Part shown: positions 26,201-39,939 of the stretch, in pieces
Layout: every line of letters begins with the position of its first letter
Numbering within the stretch: position 1 is the stretch's first letter
NCBI RefSeq assembly: GCF_006345805.1
Contig: NC_042997.1
Coordinates: 151,280,001-151,344,000 of the forward strand
Direction: 5' to 3'
Source: Octopus sinensis
Taxonomy: Eukaryota
DNA: 64,000 nt
Program-made: the position numbers and the translations under genes
The notes under the pieces: model-generated
Told to the model about the DNA's origin: nothing
The model's database searches: none
The model's input: the letters and a program-made list of their open reading frames with translations, nothing else

Positions 26201-27205
26201 ATCTATGTCTATGTAAAAAGTAAAGAAACAGATGAAAGTGTGAATTCAGAAACGAGCAAACCAAATCAGCCGAAGTGCGCCGTATTAGACAACACTACGA
26301 AATGAAAATACCTTTCTTCCGGGTGAATTTGATGTTTAAATTGATATTTAAAGCACAAATCAAAAGGTTTTAAACCAATATTTCAAATGATCTTAAATCA
26401 ATTGCTAAAAAATTACAATAAAAAGAACGTAGCACTCGAGGCACAGTTTATAGAAAGAAATAAGTGTGTTCTGTAACGCAATATGGACAGTATTCAATAA
26501 GATAAAAAGCACAATCTATCAGAAAGAGAAAAACATCATGGTAACATATGCATGGCCCTCTACAGCCATCAAGTAACTCATCAACATGTTAACAGTTACG
26601 AGCAACTGGAAAACTCTTGATTTATATCCATCGTTCTATGGCAGCAGAAATCAATGACAAAATCTATAAGTAAATGGCTAATGGTGAGTATTGCTTCTAC
26701 TTTCAAGGATAACATTTTCGGTTATCTCTTTTGCTCGTTATTTTCAACTTGCCTCATCTTCTTCGCTCACTTATTCCAAAAAGGATCGTGGAATCAGAGT
26801 TCTCAAGTACACTTTCTATAATCTGGGAAAGTACACTGATGATTAAATTTCAATTAAATATAACATTTAATCACTTATTTTCTTTATTGAAAATTCGGAT
26901 AGAACTTATGGGATGACCTGATATTTAACCTTAAAATACATCATACATCTGGCATTCTTTTATTCCTTTACTTGTTTTAGTCATTTGACGGAGGACATGC
27001 TAGAGCATGCTCCTCTAGTCGATGAAATCCATCCCTGGACTTATTCCATGTAAGCCTGCTGGTTATTTTATCAGTCTCTTCTGCCGGACAGCGGCGTTAT
27101 GGGGATGCAAATACACCATTATAATGGGGACGTACGGTTTATGGTGCTGCCCTGGGTTTCACGCGCGTAAGGGATTTTATTATCATCATTATGATTATTA
27201 TAATC

Positions 27206-27760
27206 ATTGAGTAAAGAGCAGCACATGCCATCAAAGTGACACTGGGGTAAAATATACAAAGCCCAGTATACCCATCGTGACTACCCCTCTGACAAGGGTA
27301 CATCAGACACATGCATCACAACCATATGTGCGTGACATGGAGATATCATATCAAGATTAACAGCGCATGAACTTGCAGGTGGGCCCCAGTTAGAATTTTC
27401 TTCTGGTCGAGTAGCCCATCCCGCTCAAAACGTCCCTGAATAAAGGTTTATTGATGTTGAACGAAACACCCATGTTCCCAAAGGTGAATTATTCAAATTC
27501 CAAAGAATCCCTCTCAACACATGGGTATGCTGCTCCCCCACTACTCCGGCTCGTGATCAGAGATGCACATATCATCAGCCACTAAGGGACATACTCAACT
27601 GGGTAATGTCAAACAACTGACAAGCAAATCTGTGGTATTGAGCAGAATATTTGCTGTAGCCCATCTTTTATACCAAGACAAAACAATGTACATGATAACA
27701 CTTCCAATCAGTTAAGATCAGAAGCCATGAGAGCCACTGTCTAGTACTGCATCAGGGCAG
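27206..27760 (-). mobile_element. Non-coding ~555-bp interspersed element within (ATT)n, copy 1
   Basis: Highly similar to 27871-28429; both ends abut ATT repeats; no ORF or TIR. Strand inferred from an AAT-tail orientation. Confidence 0.7.
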
Positions 27761-27870
27761 TTTATTATTATTATTATTATTTTTTATCTAGTTTCAGCTC
27801 ACGAGCTGTGACCAAGCTGGGGCACAGCCATTCAATTATTATTATTATTGTTGTTATTATTATTATTATC

Positions 27871-28429
27871 ATTGAGTGAGAGAGCAGTTCATGCCATCAA
27901 AGTGACACTGGGGTAAAATATACGAAGTCCAATATACCCAGCATGACTACCCGTCTGATAAAGGTACACCAGGCACATGCATCACAACCATATGTGCGCG
28001 ACATGGTGATCTCATATCAAGATAAACAGCACATGACCTTGCAGGTGGGGCCCAGTTAGAATTTTCTTCAGGTTGAGTAGCCCATCCCGCTCAAACGGTC
28101 CCTGAATAAGGGTTGTTTAAGGATGTTGAAAGAACCACCCATGTTTCCAGAGGTGAACTATTCAAACCCCAAAGAATCCCTCTCAACACATGGCTATGAT
28201 GCTCCCCCACTATCTGCTCGTGATCAGAGATGCACACATCGTCAGCCACTAAGGGACATGCTCAACTGGTTAAGGTCAAACAACTGACAAGCAAATCTGT
28301 GGTATTGAGCAGAATATTTGCTGTTGCCCATCTTTTATACCAAGACAAAACAATGTACATGATAACACTTCCAATCAGTTGAGATCAGAAGCCATGAGAG
28401 CCACTGCCTGGTACTGCATCAAGGCATTT
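27871..28429 (-). mobile_element. Non-coding ~555-bp interspersed element within (ATT)n, copy 2
   Basis: Direct repeat of 27206-27760 with scattered substitutions and indels; followed by (ATT)n to about 28500. Confidence 0.7.
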
Positions 28430-28451
28430 ATTATTATTATTATTATTATTA

Positions 28452-28488
<37 letters not shown>

Positions 28489-28639
28489 GTTATTATTATT
28501 AATGGATTTTACTATCAAAAAACTTGGCTTACAATGCTCTTAGTATCCATACATTAATAGTTTCTTTAGAATATATAAGCAATTTGCAGTAAATTTTTCC
28601 ACTTAAATTTGGTCAGAAAAACGTTATTTAAAAAAAAAA

Positions 28640-29610
28640 ATTATTACTAGATATCATTCGCCATGAAAGGATCTAAAAATAAGAGGAAAGTCTTCCTATT
28701 AGAGTATGTCTTGGAAATGACAATAATAGCATGCATACTAATATGGAGCACAAAGTTATATAGAATAAGTAAAATTGCAATGCAACGGGCTAACATTGGG
28801 CATGGTGTTTAGCATATATTCCTTCTCCAGTATTCAATCAGGTTTAATTTGTCTTTTGTCACTGCGTTGAATGCTAGTGCTATATATCCATGCTATATTG
28901 GTGGAATTTGGACAGAAATTAGGGACTCTCCATCAATTCCAGAATTCCAGATGCTTTTAAATTTCTTGCGCTCCTAAATATGTTGGTGACATTCTTTCGG
29001 TTTAGCTGGACCAGATTTGCGCTGCTATTTGCCCTGCTCTGTTATTAATCATTTTTTGTGGTGTGTGTATTTACTCCATATTCCTTCCTATTTTGCCCGA
29101 ATTTTGTTAGATGGTGATTGCGCATTGCGTAAGCGATTTATTCTTCTTCCATTTAGTATTTCCCTTAATTCATAATCTATGCTATCTTTCGTTCATTTAA
29201 TCTTATTTGCGTTGTTATTTTGTTCGTTGTTAGTTATGAGATAAGTGTTCTCCAATAGCTAAAAATGTTAGGACTGTATATATGAGTTACATTGGTTTTC
29301 AGAATCATTTTGGGTTTTATTCCTTTGTCGCTGTGTGTGATGTTAATTCGCTGAATTGCTTTCCTCGTTCTATGTGAGGTCGCTTCAATAGAATTTTCTC
29401 TTTGTTTTGGATTTCTCTTTATGACTGTTCCTCCTGTGTTGTTTATCGCCATAAGCTGTTATCTTTAACATACCCGCGATAATGGATGTTGTCATTGTTC
29501 AGAAAGCAATAACTTTGTTTCGAAGGCGTGCAGTCCATTGGATGACCAAAATGCCGTTACGGAGAGATGGGTACCAACTTCAGCAAGGCTACGAAATTGT
29601 CATAGCGCAA
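28640..29610 (-). mobile_element. RTE-like LINE relic (AP endonuclease and early RT remnants)
   Basis: Minus-strand ORF 29234..29452 (NNTGGTVI...NVTHIYSPN) resembles an APE domain; decayed NYRGI-type RT start near 28650-28850. Confidence 0.45.
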
Positions 29611-30949
29611 TGTATGAAATGAAAATACAGCAAATAGCGAAATTATCAATGATTATGCTTTTCTGCTTCAGCAATCATATTTATTTCAATCATTCAGTAA
29701 ATGTTTAATAATAACTATGTTACTTCTGACAAAAGACAAGAGACTTATCACTCTATTGACAGGGTAAATGTCAACCTTCAGAAATCCTTACCGCTGCATG
29801 GTAATCGTCTAAAAATTGCTCTGTAATGAATTACTAATACTAACTCCACTGCTAATGTCACTAATGAGTAATGTGGTTAATTTATCAATTAATGGAATTT
29901 ATTTGCTTTAATTACATAGTGCATGGAGCCAGTGTCTCTTGAATTGGTTGTCATAGTCATTTACAAGTCTATTCGGGTGACAAGAAGTGTCCAATGAAAG
30001 TTAATATTTGAAAGATTTACTGGAAAACAAAGTCCTTCGAAATAATGTTTGCCGAATGTGTATGCTTTTATTGGAGGATACATATATGCGTGTTCTGCCT
30101 TTGTATGCTTGTTGTGTTTCTCTATGTGCGAGTGTTTTACAAAATTAAAACCAACTTTCTTTTACTTCTAATAACTTACCAGACATACGTATGTTTTTAA
30201 ATCATGACTGATATTAGTTATAAAAACAATCTCAACATCATCAAAGGCCAAACATTAGAAAAACAAAATTATATATATAGAAATGAAAAAATCTATAAAC
30301 TTATAAATGGAAAGAATCATGACTGATAACATTTAAAGAGATTAAAGCATTTTAAAACATGCTCGATCACTTAACTCTTAAGACGTTGAGAGGTATGTAG
30401 TTCAATTAGTTTGCTCTGAATTGTACTTAGCTTAATGGGTACTTGAGAAATACTTGTTTTTACACATAAAAGATTGCCGATAGAAAATTAATAGAAATTC
30501 ATACTGAAAAATAGAAAGAAACGAAACAAAAGTATATAAAGTTAAAATAACATATCTAGACATTAAACGTTGAGCTAAAATAACAAACCAATTAAAACCG
30601 AAATCTGTCATTATCGATCACAAGTTCATTTTATGAGATAGGTTGATCTCCTACTGATTATTAGATCATGTCGGGATTATCAATGGTAGTAATAACAGTC
30701 ATGAAAAACTAGACTGCGATGTGCTATTTTTTGTCATGATGCCGAGATCAAATCACATCAATTCGAAAATTGTTATTCCTGTAGTTGTGTTGGAAATGCC
30801 ATAACAGAAAAATACTAGATTAACTCAACCAACTTTTGATTAAGCCATTTTCTTTAAAACAATTCTAATGTAACCAACGTTAACTATATTAAGAACAGCC
30901 CAGCAATAAATTCTATATATTACAGCTGTCAGCTGTATCACTGAACGAG

Positions 30950-31500
30950 AAATCCTTCTCGTGACGCAAGGAGGCCCTCTTATGCGCAAAGTTTGAAAAA
31001 TTATCTGTTAATTCTACCGCATATGATATAACTAATATGTCACAAAATCTTATTCCTTTTCTGTCCATGGGAATTACGTAACCGTCCTATTGCCGCCAAC
31101 GGCACGAGTTGCAAGTTATTACTGATATTCTTGCATAATCCTTTTATAAGCTTTATTCTTAATAATAGATTTCTCTGCCCTGAACAATGTAGGTTCCTTC
31201 TGATCACCGTCTTTCAATTGCAATCTGCTGATACAATTACCGAGCAGCAGTAGTCCTACTTAATGCCATTCTTCAGTTAGTCGGAAACCTATGTACTAGA
31301 AACAAAGTAGTGCACTTCCACCAAATTCACCTCATGGCCTGAACCAGCCAGCCAATGAGAAAGTTACTTAATCACCAGCCAATAACAACCAATATTTCAC
31401 AGTCGCTCAGAAGCCTTGTGACTCACTTGCAAACATTCGAGCGATCAGCTGTATTTTATTCAATTCTGTGGAATTTGAATCAATGCAAATCTCAATCATA
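30950..31500 (+). promoter_or_regulatory. Candidate promoter/enhancer with dense TF motifs
   Basis: CCAAT at 31352, 31379 and 31389 (two in AGCCAAT context); TTACGTAA 31074; GTGACGCA 30961; TGACTCA about 31419; CAGCTG about 31446; ATGCAAAT 31483. Non-repetitive context. Confidence 0.35.
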
Positions 31501-31548
31501 TTTAATAAATCTCTGAACGAAGTGTAAACAGTAACTGCACGACAATGT

Positions 31549-31746
31549 GAGGTATGTCTGCCATCTCAATATGGCTAACCACTAGGTTGAGTGTTACTGT
31601 AGCTTGTAACCCCAGGAGAACATCGTCTCCAGCTGGCTTTAGAAAGTGTGCCTAAATCCAGCTGGAGACAATGTTCTCCGGGGGCTACAAGCTACAGTAA
31701 TACCCACCCTTAGTGTTTAGCCATATTGAGATGGCAAACACACCTC
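31549..31746. mobile_element. Foldback/MITE-like palindrome (~88-bp arms, ~20-nt loop)
   Basis: GAGGTATGTCTGCCATCTCAATATGGCTAA...GTCTCCAGCTGG versus CCAGCTGGAGAC...TTAGCCATATTGAGATGGCAAACACACCTC. Confidence 0.85.
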
Positions 31747-32742
31747 TCAATCATATTTGTCAACAGAAAATATAAACAATACGAAACTTAATACGTGTTC
31801 TTTATTTTCCTCCATATCTAGACCCATCTCTCTATCTACACTCTCTTCCTTTCTTCATTAATATTTATAAAGTATGTGTGTGTGAGAGAGTATGTGTGGG
31901 TATCCCTGTGATTGTGACTGCGACAAGCTTCTCCGAAGTTTTCGTTTGTCATACTCCATTCGATAGGTATTCAAGTTGAATATAGACAATACTCGCCTGA
32001 GAGTGCTGCACACTTAATTCGCAGATGAAATCAAGTGGATGAGAATCCAACTTCATAACCACCTTGACATGCCTGAGCGCAAAAATAGTTGTATGATTAA
32101 GAAACAATTGGCAACAGGCACTGGAGTGTTGCGTTTCATGAAATTATTAAGATAAGTTAAAAGACTCGCGATTTTTTCATGATGCTATGTCTACCTAAGT
32201 TATTAATACATGAAGCATGTATGAAATATAAATGAGGAGGTGGTGCCTCTGAATAGATAGTATAATACAACTATTTTCATAACTTCTTTCCGTCCAAACT
32301 ATTTTAGAATCAATAATGACTATTTTCTACAGCTGAGAAGTATATATTAATCGACGGCTGGACTCATTGAATGACATATAGCATTGCCGCTTGCTCGTTT
32401 AGTTTAACTACAGGACTCTAAAGCGCATTGGTAAATACACAAACCATTGTGTATTTTCAAAGTTTACAGCGCTGATTTTAATTCCTAATAACATGTTATG
32501 ATTAGATAGAAGTGTACCCTACATATTATGCTTTGACCAATTTTATCGCTGCCAGAACACGATATAAATAAATTACAATATACGAACGTTTGAAGTAACA
32601 ATTCTCAGAATTTTAGTTTTGGTACTTTATAGTCAGTAGCTTAGAGATGTATCATAATATAGATGTATAATTTAACACAACAGTAACTTATTCAAGATGC
32701 TAAATTTGATTTACTATCTTTAAAAACATAGAACATATATAA

Positions 32743-32744
<2 letters not shown>

Positions 32745-32815
<71 letters not shown>
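32745..32815. repeat. (TTA)n microsatellite
   Basis: Directly visible. Confidence 0.95.
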
Positions 32816-33444
32816 GCGCAGAGTTATTTTTTGTTGGGCGTTTATTATTATATGATGTATGTTTTTCGTGTGTTTTGTTGTTTATTATGATTGTTTTCTT
32901 TTATAGATTTGCATTCATCTTCAATGATTATATTCCGCTATTATACTTTCTATTTTCTTTTCTTGCCTCTCTTTTATGTTTAATATCATTATTTGATACA
33001 ACTTTTTTCTACATTTATATATATATATATATTTGTTTGTTTGAATCTATTTGTATATTTCTTTTGTGTTTAACATTTCTTATGATATCTATCATAATGT
33101 TGATCTTTGTAAGTGTTTAGCTATCAAAACAGATTGTACAAAATTTACAAAATCAAGATATTACATTTTCTTATCGTTTTTTTTTTACTTCCTGTAATAT
33201 CCATTCTTTTTTTGCCAAACAAACTCACATTTTATTCTTTCCCTTAGTTTCTCTTAATGAGATCCACAAAACTTTTTACGTAAGAGTTGTTCATTTTTCA
33301 CTCTAGGTTTTCTTTTTGCATAATTAGTTTAGCTGCCTAGCTTCGTAAAACATATATACAATTATCTGTAAAATTATGCACACACCCGAACATGTGCATA
33401 GTAATCTAGACATAGAAACATCTGGACACACACACATATAATGG

Positions 33445-33476
<32 letters not shown>

Positions 33477-33587
33477 CGAATTACATACATGCACACACAA
33501 AGGTATATTTTTGTATGTATATAGAGTTATGTATATATCTAAACATATATGTATATACATGTGTATGTATGTATGTGTGTATATATA

Positions 33588-33673
<86 letters not shown>

Positions 33674-34959
33674 ATTACGTACAGAGGGAGAAGGAGAGAG
33701 AGGAGTTAAAGAAACAGATTGAATTCAATCTTACACTGCCTTCTATACTGATTATTGATTTTTCACACATTTGATGTTTTGCAGATAATTCTTGACTCTG
33801 TAGTTAATCACAGCTGATTTTCAATTTACTTTTTATTTTCTTATTTCGAAAAATGTGTACTGGTAATTACTTGTTTTATGTTGTTCATTTGAGGTGTTAT
33901 TAAAATCCTTCTTGATTGTAATTTTGTTCTCCATTGTGTGTTTTGAGATTCTAACTTTTCTTGTGCTTTATTGCTTGCTTCATATCTTTGCATTGCATTG
34001 ACATGATAAATCATGGTTCATTACTTACACTTCCACCCATTTATAGCAATATGTCATTGGGTTATTAAATATTCTTACTTACATACGTAACTTTAAAATT
34101 ATTATTGATTATTTTCTTGTAAAATTAGTTGCTCTTACGATACAAACAAAATTTCAAACGCCAAAACATCTTAAATATTTGTGTAAATGAATACAGCGTA
34201 AACAACTATAACAGTACATTTATTATTTCTGCTCTTTGCATGAGCCTTTTCGAAATGTAGTGCATGTTGTTCGTTTTATCCAATATGTATTTATATATTT
34301 ATCAAAAGAACAGATATACATTCAATTCATGCGTTGCTACCTGTTATATTGTATATTTCCTCCATAAAATTTCATTGTTATTCTCTTTTCCACGACATTT
34401 TCTCTGATTATTGAAAATCAGTTACCATGCTAACGATCTAAGCCTAAAACAGATATATCAAGCTAGAAATATATTGTGACTGTTTGCAACAGCGAAAGCA
34501 TTTAAAAAGGAAAAAGAAATTTAAAACTTTGCTCATGAACTTACAGCATTGGGTACAGCCATTTTCCAGGTTCTCGAAAGTCACTCCAGTACTCTAATAA
34601 CAAACCAGTCTCCTCCAATAAACTTGCTTTGTCTTGAGACTGGCTCTTGATCAGCTATATGTTTTGGTTGGTGCGAAAATCTCGCGTTAAAATAGATTAA
34701 GGAAGTGTATACAACTGGATAGACAACTATCTGATATTCAATGAATTTTCATCATCTCTAGAAAACTTTTGTCATTCACTTAATCATATTCCTGTTAGGG
34801 AACCTTTATACATTCATCAACCTGCTATAAATAACTGCCAAATCACCATCAAATTCTACCTTAAGAAATAAAATATTGGATATATGGTGACAACTGAAAA
34901 TCATTTTAATGCGGGATTATTTTATCAAAATTCAGCTTAGGATGAACGGCAATAGTAAC

Positions 34960-35640
34960 ATTTAAACGTCACTAATTTCAATCCATTTGTTGTAGCGCTG
35001 AGCCACTTCGTGAAAGACCAATGGACTCCTTTCCTCCAGTATGAAGGTGTTCAGATCATTTTTTACAGCTTCCATTGCCTTCTTCAATTTGGGTAAAACC
35101 AAAATTTACAGGGAAGGAATCTCTGCAATGTAAGGTGTGTGAATGACAGTTTTGAAACCTATCCCTGTCAAGTAATTTGTTATCAGGATAGAAATGTGAA
35201 ATGTTGCATTGTCCTGTTACAGAAACTCTCGACTTTTCCAACCAAGTCTCTACCTGAACTCATTGAAATTCCCCCAAAGTATTAATTTTTTGCCATCTGA
35301 CTAGAATGAACTTCGTGTATGTGGATCAAATCATTACTGTCGGAAAAGAGATCAGCGCAAACATCATGGTAGACTTCTTTTACCCAGTTTCTAGTGGCAG
35401 TGAAAAACTGAGGTTCGGTGCATACAAGTCAATCCTTATACAGACTGGTACATTTAATAGGTTTCTGTTTCCTAATTTAGCAAAAAAACTTTATTGCATT
35501 GCAAGCTTCCAAGTTGTCTCTTCGTCCCGACTGCATTTCGGATACTAGTCATCTTTGATAAGCAGTGTAGGGTATGTACAAGGTGCTATTACAGCCATCT
35601 CCTTCAGTCTGAAAAACAAACCTTGGTAGGTCAACTTAGA
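34960..35640 (-). mobile_element. Mariner-like relic
   Basis: The minus strand gives GFKTVIHTPYIAEIPSL*ILVLPKLKKAMEAVKNDL...RYNKWIEI (HPPYSPDLAP/FPKLK region) and an N-terminal KVFAKLG-like segment. Confidence 0.6.
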
Positions 35641-37003
35641 AGTGGAGTAATAATATGCTAAAATTACAATAATGTAGGATATTTTTGACTGCTTCTCCTA
35701 AAAATGTCACAAGACTTTTGGAATGTCGTATATACCGTGAGAAAATTAATGAAGACTGAGTTTGACCGACGAAACGTGGCACTTTGAGTCCTAGTTGACT
35801 AGTATTCTACAGTTGACCATTACGTATTTTAACAACATGTGATAAATGATAATGAAATAGTAGCTCAACGGATTCTGCATGAATAATAGAATGGAAGAGT
35901 GAGAGAGTGAGTGAGTGAGGGAAAGTGGGAGGAGGGTGTATGGAGGAGAAAGAGACCCGTAAGGGACATATGTAGACGGAGGAAGATTAAACCGATAATA
36001 AAAACAATGCAGCCATTTCATACATTTACGTCGAACATTCATTGGCTCATATAGCACTTATACGTTGTTGTGGTAGTTTCACGTGATGTATTTTGTTTTT
36101 CCTTTGATTATTATAGTATTATTTAACAATTTCCATCATACCGTTTTTTCCTAATTCCAATCCTGTCTGGGTAATATTTGCCTTTCGTTCTTCTCATATA
36201 GATAAAGTGAAGTACCAGTAATGTACTTAGATCAATGACATTGATTAACCCGTTTATATCAAAATTGCCGGCCTTTAATCAAAATATATTGAAAGAAAAA
36301 ATAAATGTTTTTTTTTAATCATACCTCTTTGTATTTTGTTTTCATACACTTCTGATGTACAATGTGATTTTCAATCTTTCAGAGGTTTATAAAATATACG
36401 TCAACAGTACTATGGTTCCACCAAATGGACTATTTCCTTCCCTCATTTCCATGCTTTTCATCTTTATTAGAAAAAATTAATTTTTAATCCTTCATGAACG
36501 AAGATAGGGCAGAGATATGATAAAAGGTGGAAGAGAGTTAAACAACCACTACAATTACTTTTAGTATTTCTATGATTGCTTTCTCAAATATTCCCCTTTA
36601 TACTTGAAGAGTGTATGGCGTGATTTGGGGTTAAATTATTTGATGTTTCCCACAGATAGAGACAGTACATAGCAGACAATACTTTTTCCCGTGGAAGTAT
36701 TAAAATCATCGTGGAAATTATCCAGACATTTGAATTTTGAAAGAGCTTGGTGATATCAATATGACATGTATATGTCTTATTCTTGGCAATGATACTCATT
36801 TTCTTTAATAACTTCATGTAATCTCTGATCGACCATGCAGATCGTCAATTACATTTTCGTTTAAGACAAATATTTCTGGGTGTGCCTTATGTGAACTGTT
36901 TTTCGATGAGACTGCTAATTAGTAGAGCGGCGAATGTAGTCAACTTCACGCTGATTCGATTCCATAATATATAAATATCTATCTGTCTATCTATCTAACT
37001 GTC

Positions 37004-37088
<85 letters not shown>

Positions 37089-37149
37089 TGTGTGTGTTTG
37101 TGTTTGTTTGTGTGTGTGTGTGTGTGTGTGTGTGAGTATTTATATATGG

Positions 37150-37315
37150 TGCAGGAATGACTGCGTAGTAAGAAGCTTGCTTCCTAAACACATGGTTCCG
37201 GATACAGTCGTCTCACTGCGTTGCACTTTGGGTAAGTATCTTCTGCAATAGACTCGGGCCGAACAAAGCCTTGTGAGTGGATTTGCTAGAAGAAATGGGA
37301 AAGAAGCCCATCGTA
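37150..37315 (+). mobile_element. SINE family A, 5' part
   Basis: Homologous to 11261-11425. Confidence 0.8.
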
Positions 37316-39201
37316 TATATATATATTATACAATTTTATGTAGAGATTGTTAACTTTAACAAGACTCACAAACAGGCTAGAATTAATGTGCTCTAATTGA
37401 GCTAAGTTCCAATTTATAATTTCAATGGAGGCAATATCGGCGGAAAACTAGAGGAACATGACCTATTATCCAATAGAATAATCAATATATTTGTATACTT
37501 TCATTAGACATTAATAAATCAATATAAAGTTCCAGATAATACAGTATTGAAACATACAATTATATAAACATATAAATATTTAATATTTAAAAATACGCAA
37601 ATATTTAAAAATATTTTTAAATATTTAAAAATTCGTTGGCATTATAAATATATAAATACATAAATAGATATACAAATATATAAGAAATAGATATAAAACG
37701 TCCGTATGATATACGATAAAAATTCGTATTTAAAAATATTCAAAAATTCTCATATATATAAATACAGAGGCATTAGTCTCCCTTTAAATGACATAATATG
37801 TGCTTCATCTTTTGAACGCTTTTATAGGTGACTATTATTTGTTTTTGTGAAAGAAGATTTAATAGAAATATACCTGAACATTATTACGAATGGTAATTAT
37901 AGCTGACTGTCATTTTCAATAACCTTGTTTCAATTGGTCATGTATGTCATGAAATTATAAATCTCTTCTGTGCCTTAAATTTCTAGTTGTTACAAAATAA
38001 TATAAAAGGTATTTTATGTAATGTCAGAAAGAATAACTTTCTATGAAGACGTATTTTTTGGAATTACAAAAATTGAAAATGAACAAGAAACTGGAATAAT
38101 ATGCTATAGTAACCCCAACAGAATGACTGGCATATTCATAAGTTTGTATTCTTAGAGGAAAATTGTAACGCATTTCACGTATTAAAAGGGCTCGTTTTTC
38201 ACGCTAAATTACGACCGTCTCCCTGTGCGTGCATTTCCAGACACAGACACACAGGTACACACACGTACTCACACAAACACATGCACAAACAGACACATAC
38301 ATAGGTACACACGCAGTTGGCTGTAATGAACTCACCGTTAATTTTCATCCGTGAAAAATTACCTGGCAAAGCACATCAAGAAAGTGATGACATCCTGGAA
38401 TTGTTTAGAAAACAGAAAATAACACCGTAGATGTCGATATAAATTTATCTACCCCGATATTTGGTCTGAGATTAATTCTACACCTTATTAAATATTTATT
38501 AAAATTTTATCAAATATTCCTACCTATCTTTATCATATCCTTCTTTATGTCTGTTATCATCGTGGCCAAATGTAATATAATTAAAGGATCTATGACTAGT
38601 TTCTACTGAGGAGACCCGGCCATGCCGAAACAATCATGTTTATAAATAGTAAGGAGAAAATACTTCGGTTGAAAAGTAATTAATTGAAATTAAATATTGA
38701 AAAAAATCTGATATATTTCATTTAGTCAACTACAGAAATTTTCGGCAAGACAAAAACACATCTCCCTTTAAAAGAAAATGAGCAACCGATAACAAATCGA
38801 CTCTACAGTGTTAGAGAAAATGATTATCTTTGATTTTTTTTCTGTATCCAGAAAAAAGCAAAACACTATTCACAGACTTAAAGAGGTTAACATGATTTTG
38901 ACACAACCCTAAGATTTCACGGGGAAAAATAGAAAAGCGACAACCAGAGGCCTTATGTATTATTGGTAAGTTAACCATGAAAACTCTATTGTTTCATTCA
39001 GTCGACAGATATAAAAGCAAAAAAAAACAAACATTAAACAAAAGCTAAAAAGAGACAAAAATAATGACAAATCAAATTTCTTTATCGGATTTCTTAAGCA
39101 GGCCTGACATCAAAGCAGCTATCTCACTTTATCAAATTATCTTTTCTCCATCTTGTTGTGGTTGTTTCAGGTCTTATATATTTTGTTAGTTGTGGTTTTC
39201 T

Positions 39202-39202
39202 T

Positions 39203-39240
<38 letters not shown>

Positions 39241-39241
39241 G

Positions 39242-39272
<31 letters not shown>

Positions 39273-39567
39273 TACTACTACTACTACTAACACCACCACC
39301 ACCACAACAACTACTGCTACTACCACCACCACCACCACAACAACTACTACTACTACTACTTTATGTTAACCGCGTATTTTCGCTATCACTTCCAACTCAG
39401 TTCCCTATCGCTCAATATCCTATCATCTAATCTTAGTTTTGATGTTGCTGTTGCTATTGCTGCTGCTACTTCTTCTATTGATGGTGATGGTGATGATGAT
39501 GATGCGGATGATGATCTTCATCCTCACGAAGTTGACGACGACGACGATGATGATGATGATGATGATG
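39202..39567. repeat. (CTA)/(CCA)/(GAT)n microsatellite cluster
   Basis: Directly visible. Confidence 0.95.
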
Positions 39568-39939
39568 CATATTTTATTACCATAAGACATATCGACCAAG
39601 CAGAAGAGCAGCAGCCATATCATTCACGTCATGTTCTTGCTATACTTCTTCAAGTGTTGCATCAGATTTGATTCATTAACACGTTTCATGCAGAATAAAG
39701 AGAAAAAGAATAATAATGATTTCTTATTAAAACAGGCCTTAATATAGTTTACCCAGGCTTTAAGCGGGCTGTTATGGTGGGTTGTATTATATTATAGCTC
39801 CACTGATATTTGATTGGTATTTCAGTTAATCGTCCCAAGAAATATTGTGGCTTGATTTCAAAGCAGCCAAATACTGCAAAGCATTTTCTCGGCTATTCTA
39901 GCTTTTCTGACATTGTAATTATTCCCAGTAATTCTTTCT

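Noticed and set aside
28370-28429. HDV-like ribozyme at the putative 5' end of the 555-bp element (GCC-TGA...TCATGGC pairing)
   Set aside because: A P1-like helix is possible, but the L3, P1.1 GG and J4/2 consensus nucleotides are absent.
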